From Octopus sinensis (Eukaryota), in assembly GCF_006345805.1 (NCBI RefSeq), contig NC_043001.1, forward strand, positions 104,408,001-104,472,000: 64,000 bases of DNA, given 5' to 3'. Both the position numbers and the translations under genes were made by a program. Numbering within the stretch: the first letter of the stretch is position 1; every line of letters begins with the position of its first letter. Below are positions 28,601-43,000 of the stretch, piece by piece. Under the pieces are notes generated by a model. It was not told the origin of the DNA, searched no databases, and worked only from the letters and a program-made list of their open reading frames with translations.

Positions 28601-31600
28601 TTTATCTTAACTGGCTTCTTAACAAGAGCATGACTCTTGCTAATAGGTAAAGCATCTTGGTTTTCCAAAAGGAACAAATGAATAAATAATATCACAAAGT
28701 ATTATAAATGCTTCAAATTTTCATTAAGCTTGAAACTCATGTTCATTCATTCAAATTAAGCTGCATTCAATTATTCTGGCAAAAGACTTTTGGCTTTGAA
28801 TAACAAGTAATTCTTCATTATCTCACTTCTATATTGCTCACTGGCCAGTCCTTGGTCAGTTTTGGTAGCATATCAGGCATTTTAAGAAAAGGTTGCAAAC
28901 CCTTTGATTTAACCCTTCCCCAATTATAGAGACAGAGACACTGTGGATGTGCCCTAAGATATTTTACACAGCACAATGACACAGTGAAGAAGTTAAGAAA
29001 GTTCAATTCATTTCTTTTGTTCTTGACTACAGTTCATTATTTCAATGTGAACTGGGGAAAGAAATTATCTTGGACTGAGATTTCCCCTCTTATTCTGTTC
29101 CTCCCCTGTCTCCGTTCTGTGGGTGTATGGAATAGGCTTGAACCTTTTGTCTTTCAGTTAAATACATACAAACAAAAATAGTGCATTAAAAGTGGCATAA
29201 CAAGGACTTTCTGAAGTTGAAATACTGAACATATATTGGGTTGGCAACTCAGTTACTGCCGTTTTGTTTAAATTTTAATTTTTTCAAAGGTTTAATAAAA
29301 AATAACTAATTAATCAATATTGTATTCGCCCTTGTTGTTTACAACTTCTTCCCAGCGTTCAACAAGATTTTCAAAACCTAGTTGGTAGAAATCAATCGAT
29401 TTCAACTCGAATAATTGATCCAACCAAACTCTCAATCCTGCATCAGTATTCAATGAAATTCCACGCATAGTATTTGAAAGAGATCGAAAGAGGTGGAAAT
29501 CTATTAGTGCCAAATTAGGAGAGTATGGCGGGTATAGCAGCACTTCCCAGCCATGCATTTGAATGGCTTCCTTGGTCATATTGGTGCGTGCAACAGAAGA
29601 ATTCCATGCTGCTGATTAGGTCTTTTCTCTTGAATAGCTGTGTTGAGTTGTTCCATCTGTTGAAAATAGGGTTCCGCATTGACCGTTTGGTTCCTTTCAA
29701 CAACTTCGTAATGGAAAATCCCTTCCCAGTCCCACGATATGCACAACATCGTTTTATGCGGATGAAGAACTTGTTTCACACGCGATGTCTCTTGTTTACT
29801 GGGGCTAAGCCATTCCTTACACTGCTTCATAGTGATGTACATGTACCATTTTTCATCATCAGTAATGATTCGGTAAAGAAATCGTTGCTTGTATTCATGA
29901 ATTGAGCAGTGACAAGCAAGCAAACCAGCGGAGATTGTGGCTCATTGATTTTTGTTGTTGTCACTTAAAGCATGCAGAACCCATGCTCCATACTTCTGAA
30001 CTTTTCCCATCGAGTGAAGATGCTTCTCTATAGCAGTGTGGGAGCATTCCATTTTCTCTGCCAGTTCCCATGTCGTTTGACGAGAATTTTCATGCAAATG
30101 TTGGTTGAATTGCTCTTCATCGAACTCAACTGGATGGCTGGAACAAGGTGCGTCTTTGAGGTCAAAACTTCCATTTTTGAACTTGGCACATCAATCACGA
30201 GTGGTTCTTTCAGCTATGGCACCCTCTCCACATACAGCACAAATGTTGTGAGCAGCTTTTGCAGCCTTAGAACCTTGATTAAAAGCAAAAAGAAGGAGGT
30301 GTTGAAAATGCTCATTTTTCTTAACTTGACATTCCATTTTAATGATCTGAAAATAAACTAAAATTAACTAGAAAAAAAAAACCAAAATAGATTCTAAAGT
30401 GATTCAAAAGTAGAATTCTCGAAAAATATAGATTCCAAAATTAAAAAAAGCAATAAATTCCAAAATTTAAAAAAATGGCAGGAACTTAGTTGCCAACCCA
30501 ATATATTTCGTGTTGTCTCATATCAACAATGTCATGGCTTCTCTTACTATTTCCTACATTTACACATCCTTATATTGTTAACATATCTATACATCACAGT
30601 CTCCTCATAATGAAAGGTAAAAATTAAATTTAAGCAGAATCTTGTAAAATTACTTACATGGCATCTTCACTTCTAATATCCTTTGTATACTTATTAATTT
30701 TCAGTTCGAACTCTCTATATTTCTAGAAAAGTTTACAATAAAAACATTTGTTGTAACTTCATAATAAAAGCAAAATCTGTTTTGGATTGGTTTCCACTAT
30801 TCAATGAAACAAAACATTACCTGACTCACAGAAACACTTAAACAAAAAAGAAGCTAATCTTTTTCTCTATACATTCTAACTTCTAGTAAAGAGCTGAAAT
30901 CATTGACTGATGGGGGATATTGCCTAACTTGAGAAGTGATGCAGTAAAGGGATGTAGCATAATGCTACAAGGCATTTCATCTTGCACTGTCAACTGATTT
31001 TGATATTTCCTTCTTAAAAGAAGATTCTATGCAGTCACTAAAAGATAGCAACAAATATCTCCCTGAAACCTTGCAGAAAAAGACAAAAAGTAAGGCATGG
31101 CTACATGGTAAGAAATTGGTTTCCCAACCCCATGACACTAGGTTCAGTCCTACTGTGTGCAAATTTGGGCAAGTGTCTTTTACTATAGCTTTGAGCCAAC
31201 CAAAGTCTTGTGACCTTGTGAGTAGATTTGGTTACAGAGACTAAAAAAAGCCTGCTACACACACACATGTGTGTGTTTGTCTCTAACCACTGCTTGACAA
31301 TCAGTGTTGGTGTGTTTATGCCCCCCATCACCTAGCAGCCCACCAAAAATTGATCAAGAGAAAAAGTACCAATCTTAAAAACAATAGGTACAGTGGTTGA
31401 TTCATTCAAGAAAGATGTTTTGCTGTCATTTGATTGCTCAGCTAAATCTTCATCAACTATCATCTTTAAAATGTCTTAAATACATTTGTTTGAAGGGGCA
31501 GGTAAGTTTCCATGATATTTTGGTAGCCCTGTCTCAGGCTTGTAAGGATTTCCATGTATGTTGTTCAACCTCAACATCTGAAGGAAAAAAAATGGATGGA

Positions 31601-34051
31601 GAGGGAACTGCTGATTTCGTCCAAATGCACGAAGGTGAGAGAATCCATACAAAAGGTCCCCAAGAAGCAGATGGTGGTGTTAAAGTGAGTGGTATGTAAG
31701 GCCTGTAGCTAGTTTTCTGATAAAACAAAGGAGTTTGATCAAAACCAAACGTCCGGCCATTTTATGTTCGTATGAATGAGATTAACGACCTGTATATTTG
31801 AAATCATCATCATCATAGATTTAATATACACATTTTATAGCTTACATGGTCTAGCAAAATTCATTCACAGAGATGTTGTGCAGTGTAAGGATTTAATGTG
31901 TTTCCTTGGTTTTTAGACTCCCAGGGAAAAACAATTAGAACAACAAAAACTGTAATAGTAACAACAATAGCCATAAAAATTACAATCAATGCTGCTGCTA
32001 CTACTGGTGCTAATGCTGCTGCTGAAGTTGGAGGTGGTGGTGGTGCTGCTGCTGCTACCTCCACTATTTAAAAAAAGGAATACCCACAACAATTCACCTT
32101 CAAAAGCAAAACAACACTAAATCTAAAAGCGACTGTTTAGGGCTCTGGTTTTATGTGATAAAACAGATGAGAGATAACAAGTCTGTGGTTAGGATGCTTG
32201 TCTCTTTCAACTCACATTAACAGAGGATCTACTAACTTATTTCCAACATCTACACAAACTCAATATCTGCCTCGTACAAAATAAATAAATAATAAGAACT
32301 CACTCTTGTATATCCACAATATTGTTCTGCAAGAAATCTGCAAAAGAAATAAAGGGACACATATCATCATGATTATCATCATCAACATCATGATCATTAT
32401 AACATTTTGTACAACTTCATCTTTAAACATGAAGACAGAAAGTGTTGCTTAAGAGATTACAGATGTGTGACAAAAGATTTATGGATAATGGACGCGAGTT
32501 AGTATAAGAACAGTAATAAATGAGTGAAGAACGAATATATAACGCATGTGTTTATTTTCAAAATACAACTCATGAAAATTTAAAGATAATCATCGGTCTT
32601 CAGTCCCTTCTAGTTCATCATAGTCCTCTATGCAATAACAGAGGATATGATTTATATCTTTTTTATATCAGTTTCAGTTATTTGACTGCAACCATGTTGG
32701 GGTAATGCTTTCGAGAATTTTGGTCAAAGGAATCAACCCCTTCACATATTATTTAAACCTGGTATTTGTTCTGTTGGTTCTTTTTGCAGAACCTATAAGT
32801 CATGGTGATGCAAGCACAACAACACTGGTTGTTAAGCAGTGGTGTGGGAGAAACACAAAGACACACATGCACACAATCCAAACATGCACACACTCATACA
32901 CACTAACATACATATGACAGGCTTCTTTCAGTTACTGTGTAATAAATCTGCTCACAAGGCTTGGTAGCCTTTTTCTTTTTTTCCTTTCCTACCCTAGTAA
33001 CAAGGCCTGAAATTTTTTTGGGGGGGACAGTCGATTAGATCGACCCCAGTTCACAACTGGTACTTAATTTATCAACCCTCAAATGATAAAAGGCAAAGTC
33101 AACCTTAGCGGAATTTGAACGCAGAACGTAAAGACAGACACAATACTGCTAAGCATTTCTACCAGCTAGCTGTCTTTTAGGCTTTGGTATTCTTGACACT
33201 ATAGTAGAGGATATTTGCCTAAGGTGCCATGCAGTAGGACTGAACCTGGAACTATGTAGTTGAGAAAGATGTGTGATTTCAATAGACATATTGAGCAGCA
33301 TCTGTGATTTCCATGTGGTACACAGAGGAAATTGAGTTGGATCTCGCAATGAGGATGGAACCAGACTGCTGGAGTTCTTTGATCCAAATGACCTTATGAT
33401 CTGCAATAATAAGTTTAGCAAACCAGCCAGTCACCTGTTCACTTACAAATCTGGTGGTGACATGAATCAGATTGACTACATTCTCACCAGAAAATGGGAA
33501 AGATGGCCCAATATAAACGCAAAGTCCTTCCCAATTGAAAAGAGTATCCCTCGAAATAGGCTAGTCATAAGAGACCACAGGCCTAGGGTTAGAATGATGC
33601 CAAGAATCAGAACACTCAGAACACTCTGGAAACGAAAGATACAGAAGCTCAAGAAGCCTCAGAATAGTCAGAGACTTACCGACATATTCATTAAAGCATT
33701 TGATGAGATGGAGGAGTAGATATTAACATATAACATAGAGGGTAACTGAAAGTTCCTATGTGATAACCAACCTAATGAGGGCCACTGACCAAACTTCGTG
33801 GATGGTACAATCCCAGCACCAGAACTAAAGTGACATGACGGCGGAACAGGGGATGGTACAGGACCATTAAAGCAAATAAATGGGCCTGAAAGTTACTGGA
33901 GAACTGGTAGTAACAGGGAACCGTGTGAGACAGATAGAAGAGAGGCTAGGAGGCAGAAATTTTTCATTTTCACATTTTGTCACAGACATTTTTATTCTGA
34001 TGTATTATTTTATATCTAATATTTGACATTATATACTTAACTTTATAAGTT

Positions 34052-34092
<41 letters not shown>

Positions 34093-36961
34093 TATATAAA
34101 TGAAAGAATGGAGTCAAACGACGATTTAACAAAATTCCTTTATTCTCGACATATGTTTCGAAGACTGCATATTCCTAATTCCGAAGGAATAAAGGGTGCA
34201 TTATGCCACCTTCTCATCAGGAAAGACAAGAAACTTATGTCAGCATCATGACGAACAAAAACTTTTAGATGACTGCCCACATGGAGTCCATAGTGATAAT
34301 GAGTGTTTCTTTAAAATATTCCGTTATAAGCAGTGACGTCAAAATTGGTTGAATGGAGAAGATTCTAGAAAGTTCAAGAGTTCAAAAAAGGTTGGAAGGA
34401 GAGAGTTCTAAGAATAGGAAGGTGACAGGGTGCAAGTCGTATGTATGGTGATGTGTTGTTGTTTGCTTATGCTAATGAAATTGAGTGCCTATGTGTGTGT
34501 ATGTATATAACTGCATTCGTGTCTATTTGTGTGTATGTGTGTGCGTGATTGTGTGTGTGGGGGGATAGATGCCAAATACAACTAGTGGTGAAGTGACAGG
34601 TTTGTGTCTGTGTGTTTGATTGTGCTTACGATAGAGAGAGGGAGAGAGAGAGAGAGAGAGGGGGAGAGGTAGAGAGACAAAGGTAAAACATACCCCAACG
34701 AATTTGGTAGTAGTCCTTCATGAAACGGAGTATAAAAATTTGTCTATGGTGGTGTTGTAGAAGTGGAACCAAATTATTAAATTCAAGGAGATTATCTATA
34801 TTAATCATCATTCATATGAGTGGAAGGTGTGTTTCTGCCAGTGCATGCACCTATAGGATTTTTCTACCATTGTGTTTACCAAAGGGAATTTGGCGAAAAG
34901 TATATGGAAAAGTTCGGAATTACAGACGCCACAAAATTTTCTGCCCTTATCAAACGGAAAGGATACAGACAATATGGACCATTCCAGCTTGAAAGTTATA
35001 TTGCTGTCCTTAAGGCGCCAAACTAATTTACTTAGTCCTGTGCTTTGTTGTTTTCTCTTATCTCGGAAAGTTGAATAATGATTGGAAATCCTCTGGGATA
35101 ATTTAGAAGAAGTCGCCCCAATGTAGAAGAAGACACCGGTACCAGAAGAAATTTTACACTGGTAAATGGAATTTCTAATTTTGGAATTGCTGGACAAGAA
35201 CTTTAATCTGTTAGGGTTTACCTCCGAGACTAAGACGGAGTTTTTATTGTTATGATTGCTGTTAATATTATTGCTAGCACTGACCACTATACTATTCCTA
35301 TTATTGTTATTATTATTAATTGTACTATCGCCGGCAATATCCCTGACTATAGAAATGCTGGGGTTGTTATCATCAATACTACCACTGTTATTAGAAATGC
35401 TGTCGTTGTTACCACTAACACTACCACTGTTAATAATCCGACTAATATTATTATTAATATTACCATTGTTAATGCCAACGCTGCTATGAATGTTGCTATT
35501 ATCAATACTATTTCTATTATTATTATTATTGTATGTTTGGTTGGAATTGGTAAGAGCAGTGTTGTAACTCCTGGGTGAAGAATCCTTATTTAGCAGCTTG
35601 TTATTATGGGAGGCAATAATTTGCGATAGATTTCTAGTGTTAGAGAATGCAATCCTTACCTTATGCGAATTGATAGTAGAGTAATACCTAGAATTCCTGG
35701 GAAAGTTCCTAGCTATGGCTTCACGGAACTGTAAAGGAAGGTTTGACTCGATTTGTTTTCCAAAAGGTATGACAAACCAGATATAGTTTTTTGTGGACTT
35801 AGAATTGTTCAGAGTGTTACCATTTACATTAAAGGGAATATTTCTGTGCTGGAAAATTGGGGTTGGTTGAGATTGCCTCCCCTGGTCCGTAAATTATTTT
35901 TCCTAAGTCTAGTGGTGTCGATGTTGTTAGAGCTGAAATCATTATTCTCACTATTTCTATTGTTATTAGTTTTCTTATCCTGAGAAGCATATATTGGTTT
36001 AGAATGGGCCGGGTCGTTATATGATACTTTATCTCTATAACCGGCTTTTGACAAGGCGGCGTTATAAAATTCCGCTTTTTGGTTAAAGATATCGACATTA
36101 GCAGATAATTTTGACAGTCTTAAAGAAATATTTTTAACTAAATTATCGGTAATAGTTTTGGCATGGTTACTGAAAATGCTGATATATTTAAGATCAGTAG
36201 AAGGCTTATGATAAGGGAAGTATGTATTATTCTGCAGATTTAGGGTAACATCTAAGAAGTTGGCTTTAGTTAATTCGTCGTCGAAAACTAGCCCATTCTG
36301 CTAAAAAATCTAGCTAATCTATTCTTAGTCTTCTGTATCCTATTGTTCGGAGCATTCTGGAGGTAAAGATACTAAAATTTATTAGAATCCTTTGGAAAAC
36401 TATCTAAAGGATATTTACTTAAAATTCTAAAGCACAATTATGGCTGTTAAATGGTAAGGGACATTAAAAACCTCTAGAGCATTAGTAGTCTCTATTCTCC
36501 CTACCTCACTAACTTTTGCTATAATACATTCAAATATGCCTAAGTTAAACTCCTCAAAATGAGGATAGTTTATAGCTTTGACATTTGTACTACCCCTTCC
36601 TCTATCTATAAATAGAAAAAATTCTTGCTTGTCTCCACTGAACCAGGAATAGAAACCCCCTCCCCACTGACAGATCTAAATAACAAAGTGAACTCAGTGA
36701 TAAAAAATCTGTACATGGAGGACATACTACCATCATGTTCTTAATGATGAAATTCACCTCTCTGTCTATATACCTACTCTCTTTGTAATGTTGGCAAATG
36801 AAATAAGTATAAAAATATGCATTGTCTGTTTAATTATAAAATTCTTTATGTGGCTGAAGATTGCTCGACATTTTAAAACTGATGTAATACTTACAGTGTT
36901 TAATAAAATGAAGTAGCATGAAACGATTGTACTACACTACCTTGCACATCTTTGTTGCTTA

Positions 36962-37005
<44 letters not shown>

Positions 37006-40000
37006 TACTAGCCCCATGCTAGTAAGGTATTAAGAGAACCATCTGAGCGTGATCGTTGCCAGAGTGGCTATCTGGCCTCCATGCCGGTGGCATGTAAAAA
37101 ACACCATTTGAGCGGGATTGTTACCAGCATTGCCTACTGGCACCCGTGCAGGTGGCATGTGTAAAAGATTCGAGCGAGGTCGTTGCCAGTGCCGCCTGAC
37201 TGGCCCCATTCCGGTGGCACATAAAAGCACCCACTACACTCTCAGAGAGGTTGGCGTTAGGAAGGGCATCCAGCTGTAGAAACTCTGCCAGATCAAGATT
37301 GAAGCCTGATGCAGCCATCTGGTTCATCAGCCCTCAGTCATACATCCAACCCATGCTAGCATGGAAAGCGGACATTAAACGATGATAATGATGATGATGA
37401 TACATATATATTATAATCTTCCAATACTGAAACATGTGTAGTTCCTTCATAATTGATAATTTTTAATTTTAACTTAAGTAGGAGATAACTAAGAAAGTAT
37501 ATTTTATACCCTGCTGGTGTACTGGTTATATCCTTTAAAGTAATATTTTGTGATGTGCAAATGGATACCATGAGTTTATCTTCAGAGATAGCCATTAGGT
37601 TATTTTTTTGCATAATCTGAAATAGAATACCAACATATCTATTAATCCCCAAAACTGAATTATTATTAATTTCTATTATATATTTTGTATATCTCTAGAT
37701 AAATATATATAAATATATGATAATCAAGTCCCCACTGCATGATATGTAGACGCATGTAATGTTAAAGTGTTGTACCTGGTTGATTTGCAAATTTGTTTAC
37801 CCAAATTATTCAAATTAATAAATATATATATATATATACATCATTATATTGCAATCACATTTACACAACACAATCTCTTCATTTCAATAAAGTAAAAATC
37901 CAATTTAAATAAAATTTAATACAAATATTTACATAGTTCTTTCTCTGCTAATAACTCCAATTCTCAGTTCCTGGCTAAGATCTCCATAACCCTGCAAATA
38001 TTCAAAATGAAAGCATATGTTTAGACATTTAATTAATGATTTAACATATGTAGTTCTATTTTACCATGTAAATGACTCTTCAATCAAACTGGATATTGCC
38101 TCACTTCCTGAAGCAATTGATTGTTTTGCTTCTCTACATTCACAGCAACATCAAATTTCAGATATTTCAGGAACATTGGAATAATTCCAGAACAAATTCT
38201 TTCAACCAACTTTGTACTGTAGGAAAATTAAAATTTCTAAACACTGCAAAAGATCACACATTTTGTAGGGGTCTAATTATTTGCAACACAGAGCTTGAAT
38301 AATAAAGGAATGTGGTTTACTAATTAGGGTTTTAACTTCACAATTATAAAGTAATGGCTTTGCTTCCTGGACCAAGAGGTACATTATGCCCCTGAGTAAA
38401 ACGGTTCAGTAAATTTCCCTCTAATCTACTTAGCTGACAATATGCAACAGCTGAGTGATGCTGGAGCCCTCTCTTAATCCAGCTATCATGTCCTCACTGT
38501 TGGGTGAAAGGTAGGATGGTTGAGGAGTTATTTGTATCGAATTGTCACTGCATAGACACATAAAGCACTTAGTGAAAGTATGGTTTCATGTTACCAGATT
38601 ATATTATTTTGTGTGAAATAGCTATGGGGTTATTTTTGTGGATTATTTTTCTAAATACTTGATTAATATTTATTTTCCGAAATATAAATCAACTCATTCT
38701 GTGAACCACTTGCAATGTTGCTGTGTAACTGTACTAAATTGTAATTTGAAAATGCAATACATGCCGTCACAAAAATCGGTTGTATGGACTACCTTTTCAA
38801 ATGAATTCTAAAAAATAGGGAACCACTAGAAGAGACTGATGTAGCAACACTGCAGGCAGAAAAGTGAAATTAAATGCATTATGATGAATGTTATCCTAGA
38901 ACTACAAGTGATGGCACAGGATATAAGAATGAAAGCAGTAGTTGATGAGTATATTACGAAAATAAAAGAAGCTTTAAAAAATAAACAAAATGAACACCTG
39001 AATGCCAGTAGTCTTTCAATTTGCGATGAGATTTTGATGTATGCCCAAAGGCATTACAAAAAAGTGTATTGCAACAATTTCACAGTGGACATCCAGGAAT
39101 GGCACGGATGAAGGCCCAAATGAAGAGTCATGTCTATTGGCCGACTATACACTGAGATATCGAAAGCTTGGTGAGAATGTGGTAAGGTTGTACGCTCACA
39201 GTCAAAGTCCTGCTGACAAAATGTCAATCATGGCCAGAGAGGCAGGACCCATGGTCTAGGGTACAAAGTGACGATGCCAAACCAGTAAACAGTGATTACT
39301 ACCTAATCATAGTGGGTAGCTGTACTAAGTGGCTGGACGTTTGTAGGTGTTATAGACAAACATCTAAGACAACTATAAATTTCTTATATGAATAGTCTGA
39401 TGAAACGGTGTCCCTGACACCCTAGTTTCAGACAACAGAATGCAGTTCTCTGAGTAAGAATTTAAGAACTTATGTAAAAGGCATATGATAAAGCATATTT
39501 TCACTCCACACTACCACCTGAGCTCAAACAGGCTATTACAAAGATTAGTGGACACTTTCCAAAGAGTGATAAGAAAAATAAGGAATGAAGTATGAAACGC
39601 TGAAGCACTGAGAAATTTCTTAATATACAGAATGATCACCAATCCTAGTATAAATTCGAAGAAGTCTCCAGCAGAATTGATGTTCACAAGAAGACTAAAA
39701 TCCATTTTACCAGAGAAAAAAAAGATGTAAAGGAAATACGAAAAAGCTACCAAAAAAACATCAAGATAGGTGATAAAGTGCATTTGAAAGCCAATAGAAA
39801 TGGTAGGACTGGGAAGGTGGCCTTGTTACCATAAAAAACTGGAAGTTTGATGTATCTAATTAAAAAGACATATAAACCAACTAAAGAAGACGTATAACTG
39901 AGTGTATTCGTTTATCCATAAACATAGTACAGTTTCCATGATATTTTGGTAGACTTGCCTCAGATTTGTATGAATTTCAACCTGATGTTTGATGTTCAAC

Positions 40001-43000
40001 CCGAATAACTAAAGGTGAAAAATAATCGGTGGAGGGGAACATGCTGATTTGGTCCAAATGCATGAAAGTGAGGGAATTCCCAATAAGGTCACCCAAGAAC
40101 CAATCTTTTAAATATTTTGGTAGAGAACAAGAGAAATCTCAGTCATGACATCTCTAGTTAGAAACCTATCAGAAAGAACAGGTGACTTAGACGAAACTGC
40201 ACCTTGTTACATACTGTGATGTCACAGGTAGGCTAATGATATTGTTTACCTTATTTCTTAAATGAATTATAAGTCTTTAGAAAAATCTTCATAGATAACA
40301 GAATGTTCAAGGTTTTTGCAGCTTTATTTTTAACCCTTTAGGAGATTATTCAGTCAAATGCAATGCTTAATTATCAATATTGTAGATCCAATGTCCTGAT
40401 TCAATCCCAATTCCCAGCACCTTGGAAAAGTGTTTTCTACCATAGTAATTGTTTGACCAATTCCTTGTGAATAAAATTTGGTAGATGGAAACTGTGTAGA
40501 AAACCAGCTGTTGCTTGTACATTGAAGCCTCTGTCTACAGCACAATGTTATCTAAGGAAAAGACAAAGGCCAATACAGCTTCACAGCAGTGTCATCACAA
40601 GCATGGCTGTGAGAAGGGAAAGAGCAGGATGAGATACCACAAGGTATCCAGTCAGGTGTTTTAACAATCCTGGACTGCTACTATTATTATCAATTTCAAA
40701 AAGTGAAAGGTAAAATTAACTTCACTGATATTTGAACTCAGAATGTAGAAAACCAAGACAAATACTGCAAAGCCTTCTATCCGATGCTTGAGTCTCTCTG
40801 CCAATATACTGCACAGTAAATAAATCATATTAACTAACCTCACGGCCTTCCAAGTATTTTTTTGCCAGGTGCCTGCAAAAGAAACAAATTTTCATCACAT
40901 CATCACAATCATCATCATTATTTCTACATCAGCTCACAAAAAGAACCATTACAGAACTGTTTATGTTTGTACATTTTATTATTTCAATCTAAATCTAGAA
41001 TTCATTTGAATAGGTCTAATCTCTAGTTTTACTTTTATAAGTGAATCAGGGCAAAATGAAGACAGACCTGGTTGAGAGGACAATCATTTTAACTGACAGA
41101 TCTTGCAGATTTAAACAGGATTATTATATGTAATGGTATATGTCTTTACATGACTTTGTAGTGCAGAAGATTTTAAAGACATAATTTCTTATACATTATA
41201 TATTATTTGTATTAAAATTTCAGATTTGTTTTCAATTTCAGCTTCATAAAAATGAGACACTTTCATCAAAAAGCAATCAAGATTGGGAGATTATTTTATC
41301 TAAAGTTTGATGTCATCATCATCAACATCGTAATCATCATTTAATATCTGTTTTCCATGCCAGCATAGGTTGGATTGTTTGCCTAGAACCGGCAAGGTGG
41401 TGAGCTGCAACAAGCTCCAGTCCCCTGCTTTGGCATGGTTTCTACAGCTGAATGCACTTCCAACCACTTTACAGAGTGCACTGGGTGCTTTTGAAGTGGC
41501 ACCAGCAGAGGTACATCTTACATGGCACCAGGAAAGGGGAATGTTAATTTTAATCAGAGTTTAAAATATTTATTGTTCAATTCATTTCAATGTGAACTGA
41601 GGAAAGAAATGATCTGGAACTGAAAATCCCCTCTTTATTCTGTTTCTCCCCTGTCTCTGTTCTGTGTGTGTATGGAATAGGTTTGAGCCTTTTGTCTTGC
41701 AGTTAAATACATACAAACAAAAATAGTGTATTAAAAGTTGTGCAACCAGGACTTACTGAAGTTGAAATACTGTACAGAGATATTTCATGTTGTCTCATAT
41801 CAACAATGTCATGGCTTCTCTTATTAATTCCTACATTTATATTTCCTTATATCGTTATCATATTTATACATCACAGTCTCCTCATAATTCAAAGTCAAAA
41901 TCAAACTTAAGCAGAATGTTATATATTCACTTACCTGGCTTGTACGACTCCAAAACTCTCTGGATAAACTGCCATTTCCTTTTTAAAATCTTCATACTTC
42001 TAAAAAAGGTTACAATAAAAGCATTTGTTGTAATTTTATAATAAAAGCAATGATTTGACATTAATAATTCTATTTTGGACTGGTTTCAACTCTTCAATGA
42101 AACAAAACATTACCTGGCTCATAGAAACAGTTAAAAAAAAAGCTAATCCTTTTCTTTAAATATGTTAACTTTGAGTAAAGAGCTGAAATTATTGACTGAT
42201 AGGGGATATTACCTAACCTGAGGAATGATGCAGTAAAGGCATTTCATCTTGCACTGTAAACTGATTTTGATATTTCTCTCTTAAAAGAAGATTCTAAAGA
42301 TAGCAGCAAATATCTCCCTGAAATCTTGTAATAAAAAAGGCATGACTGCACAGCTGCAGGGTAAGTCCAAAAGCCCCTATTTGAAAGGAGCAAAGGGTAC
42401 TTCTCCTACCAACCACAAACTCTACATCTGCCTGTCAACAAAATTGTTATATATTGCATTATCAGACATGAAAACATGAAAAGCTATGTTGACCTCAGCA
42501 TGATTTTGAATTGTAATGGTCAACAATGGTGTTATGCTGTCATCCAATCTGCTCAGCTACATCTTCATCAACTATCATCATGCTCATCTGTTTTCCAAGC
42601 TGGCACGGGTTGGACCGTCTGGCAGGAGCTGCTCAGGCTCCATGCCTACTTTTGCATGGTTTCTACAACTGGATGCCCTTTCTAATGCCAACCACTTTAC
42701 AGAGTGTACTGGATGCCTTTCCACAACACCAACTTGTGAGTATAAACATGGTACTAGAACAGGCACTTTTTTTTGTGGTACCAGCACCCATGAACCTCCA
42801 AGATTACAAACATTCAGCTAGAGAAGGATGCTGTGAGTATGCCTGTATGTAAGGACAACAACAACACCTCTACTTAGCTTGGTAAACCACCAGGAGTCCC
42901 CTACCCAGTCATTCCCTCTGTGAGACACAACATCTGAAAATGCAAGGATGTTTGTTGCTTGACCTCAACATCTGAAGGAAAAAAACAAATGGATGGAGAG

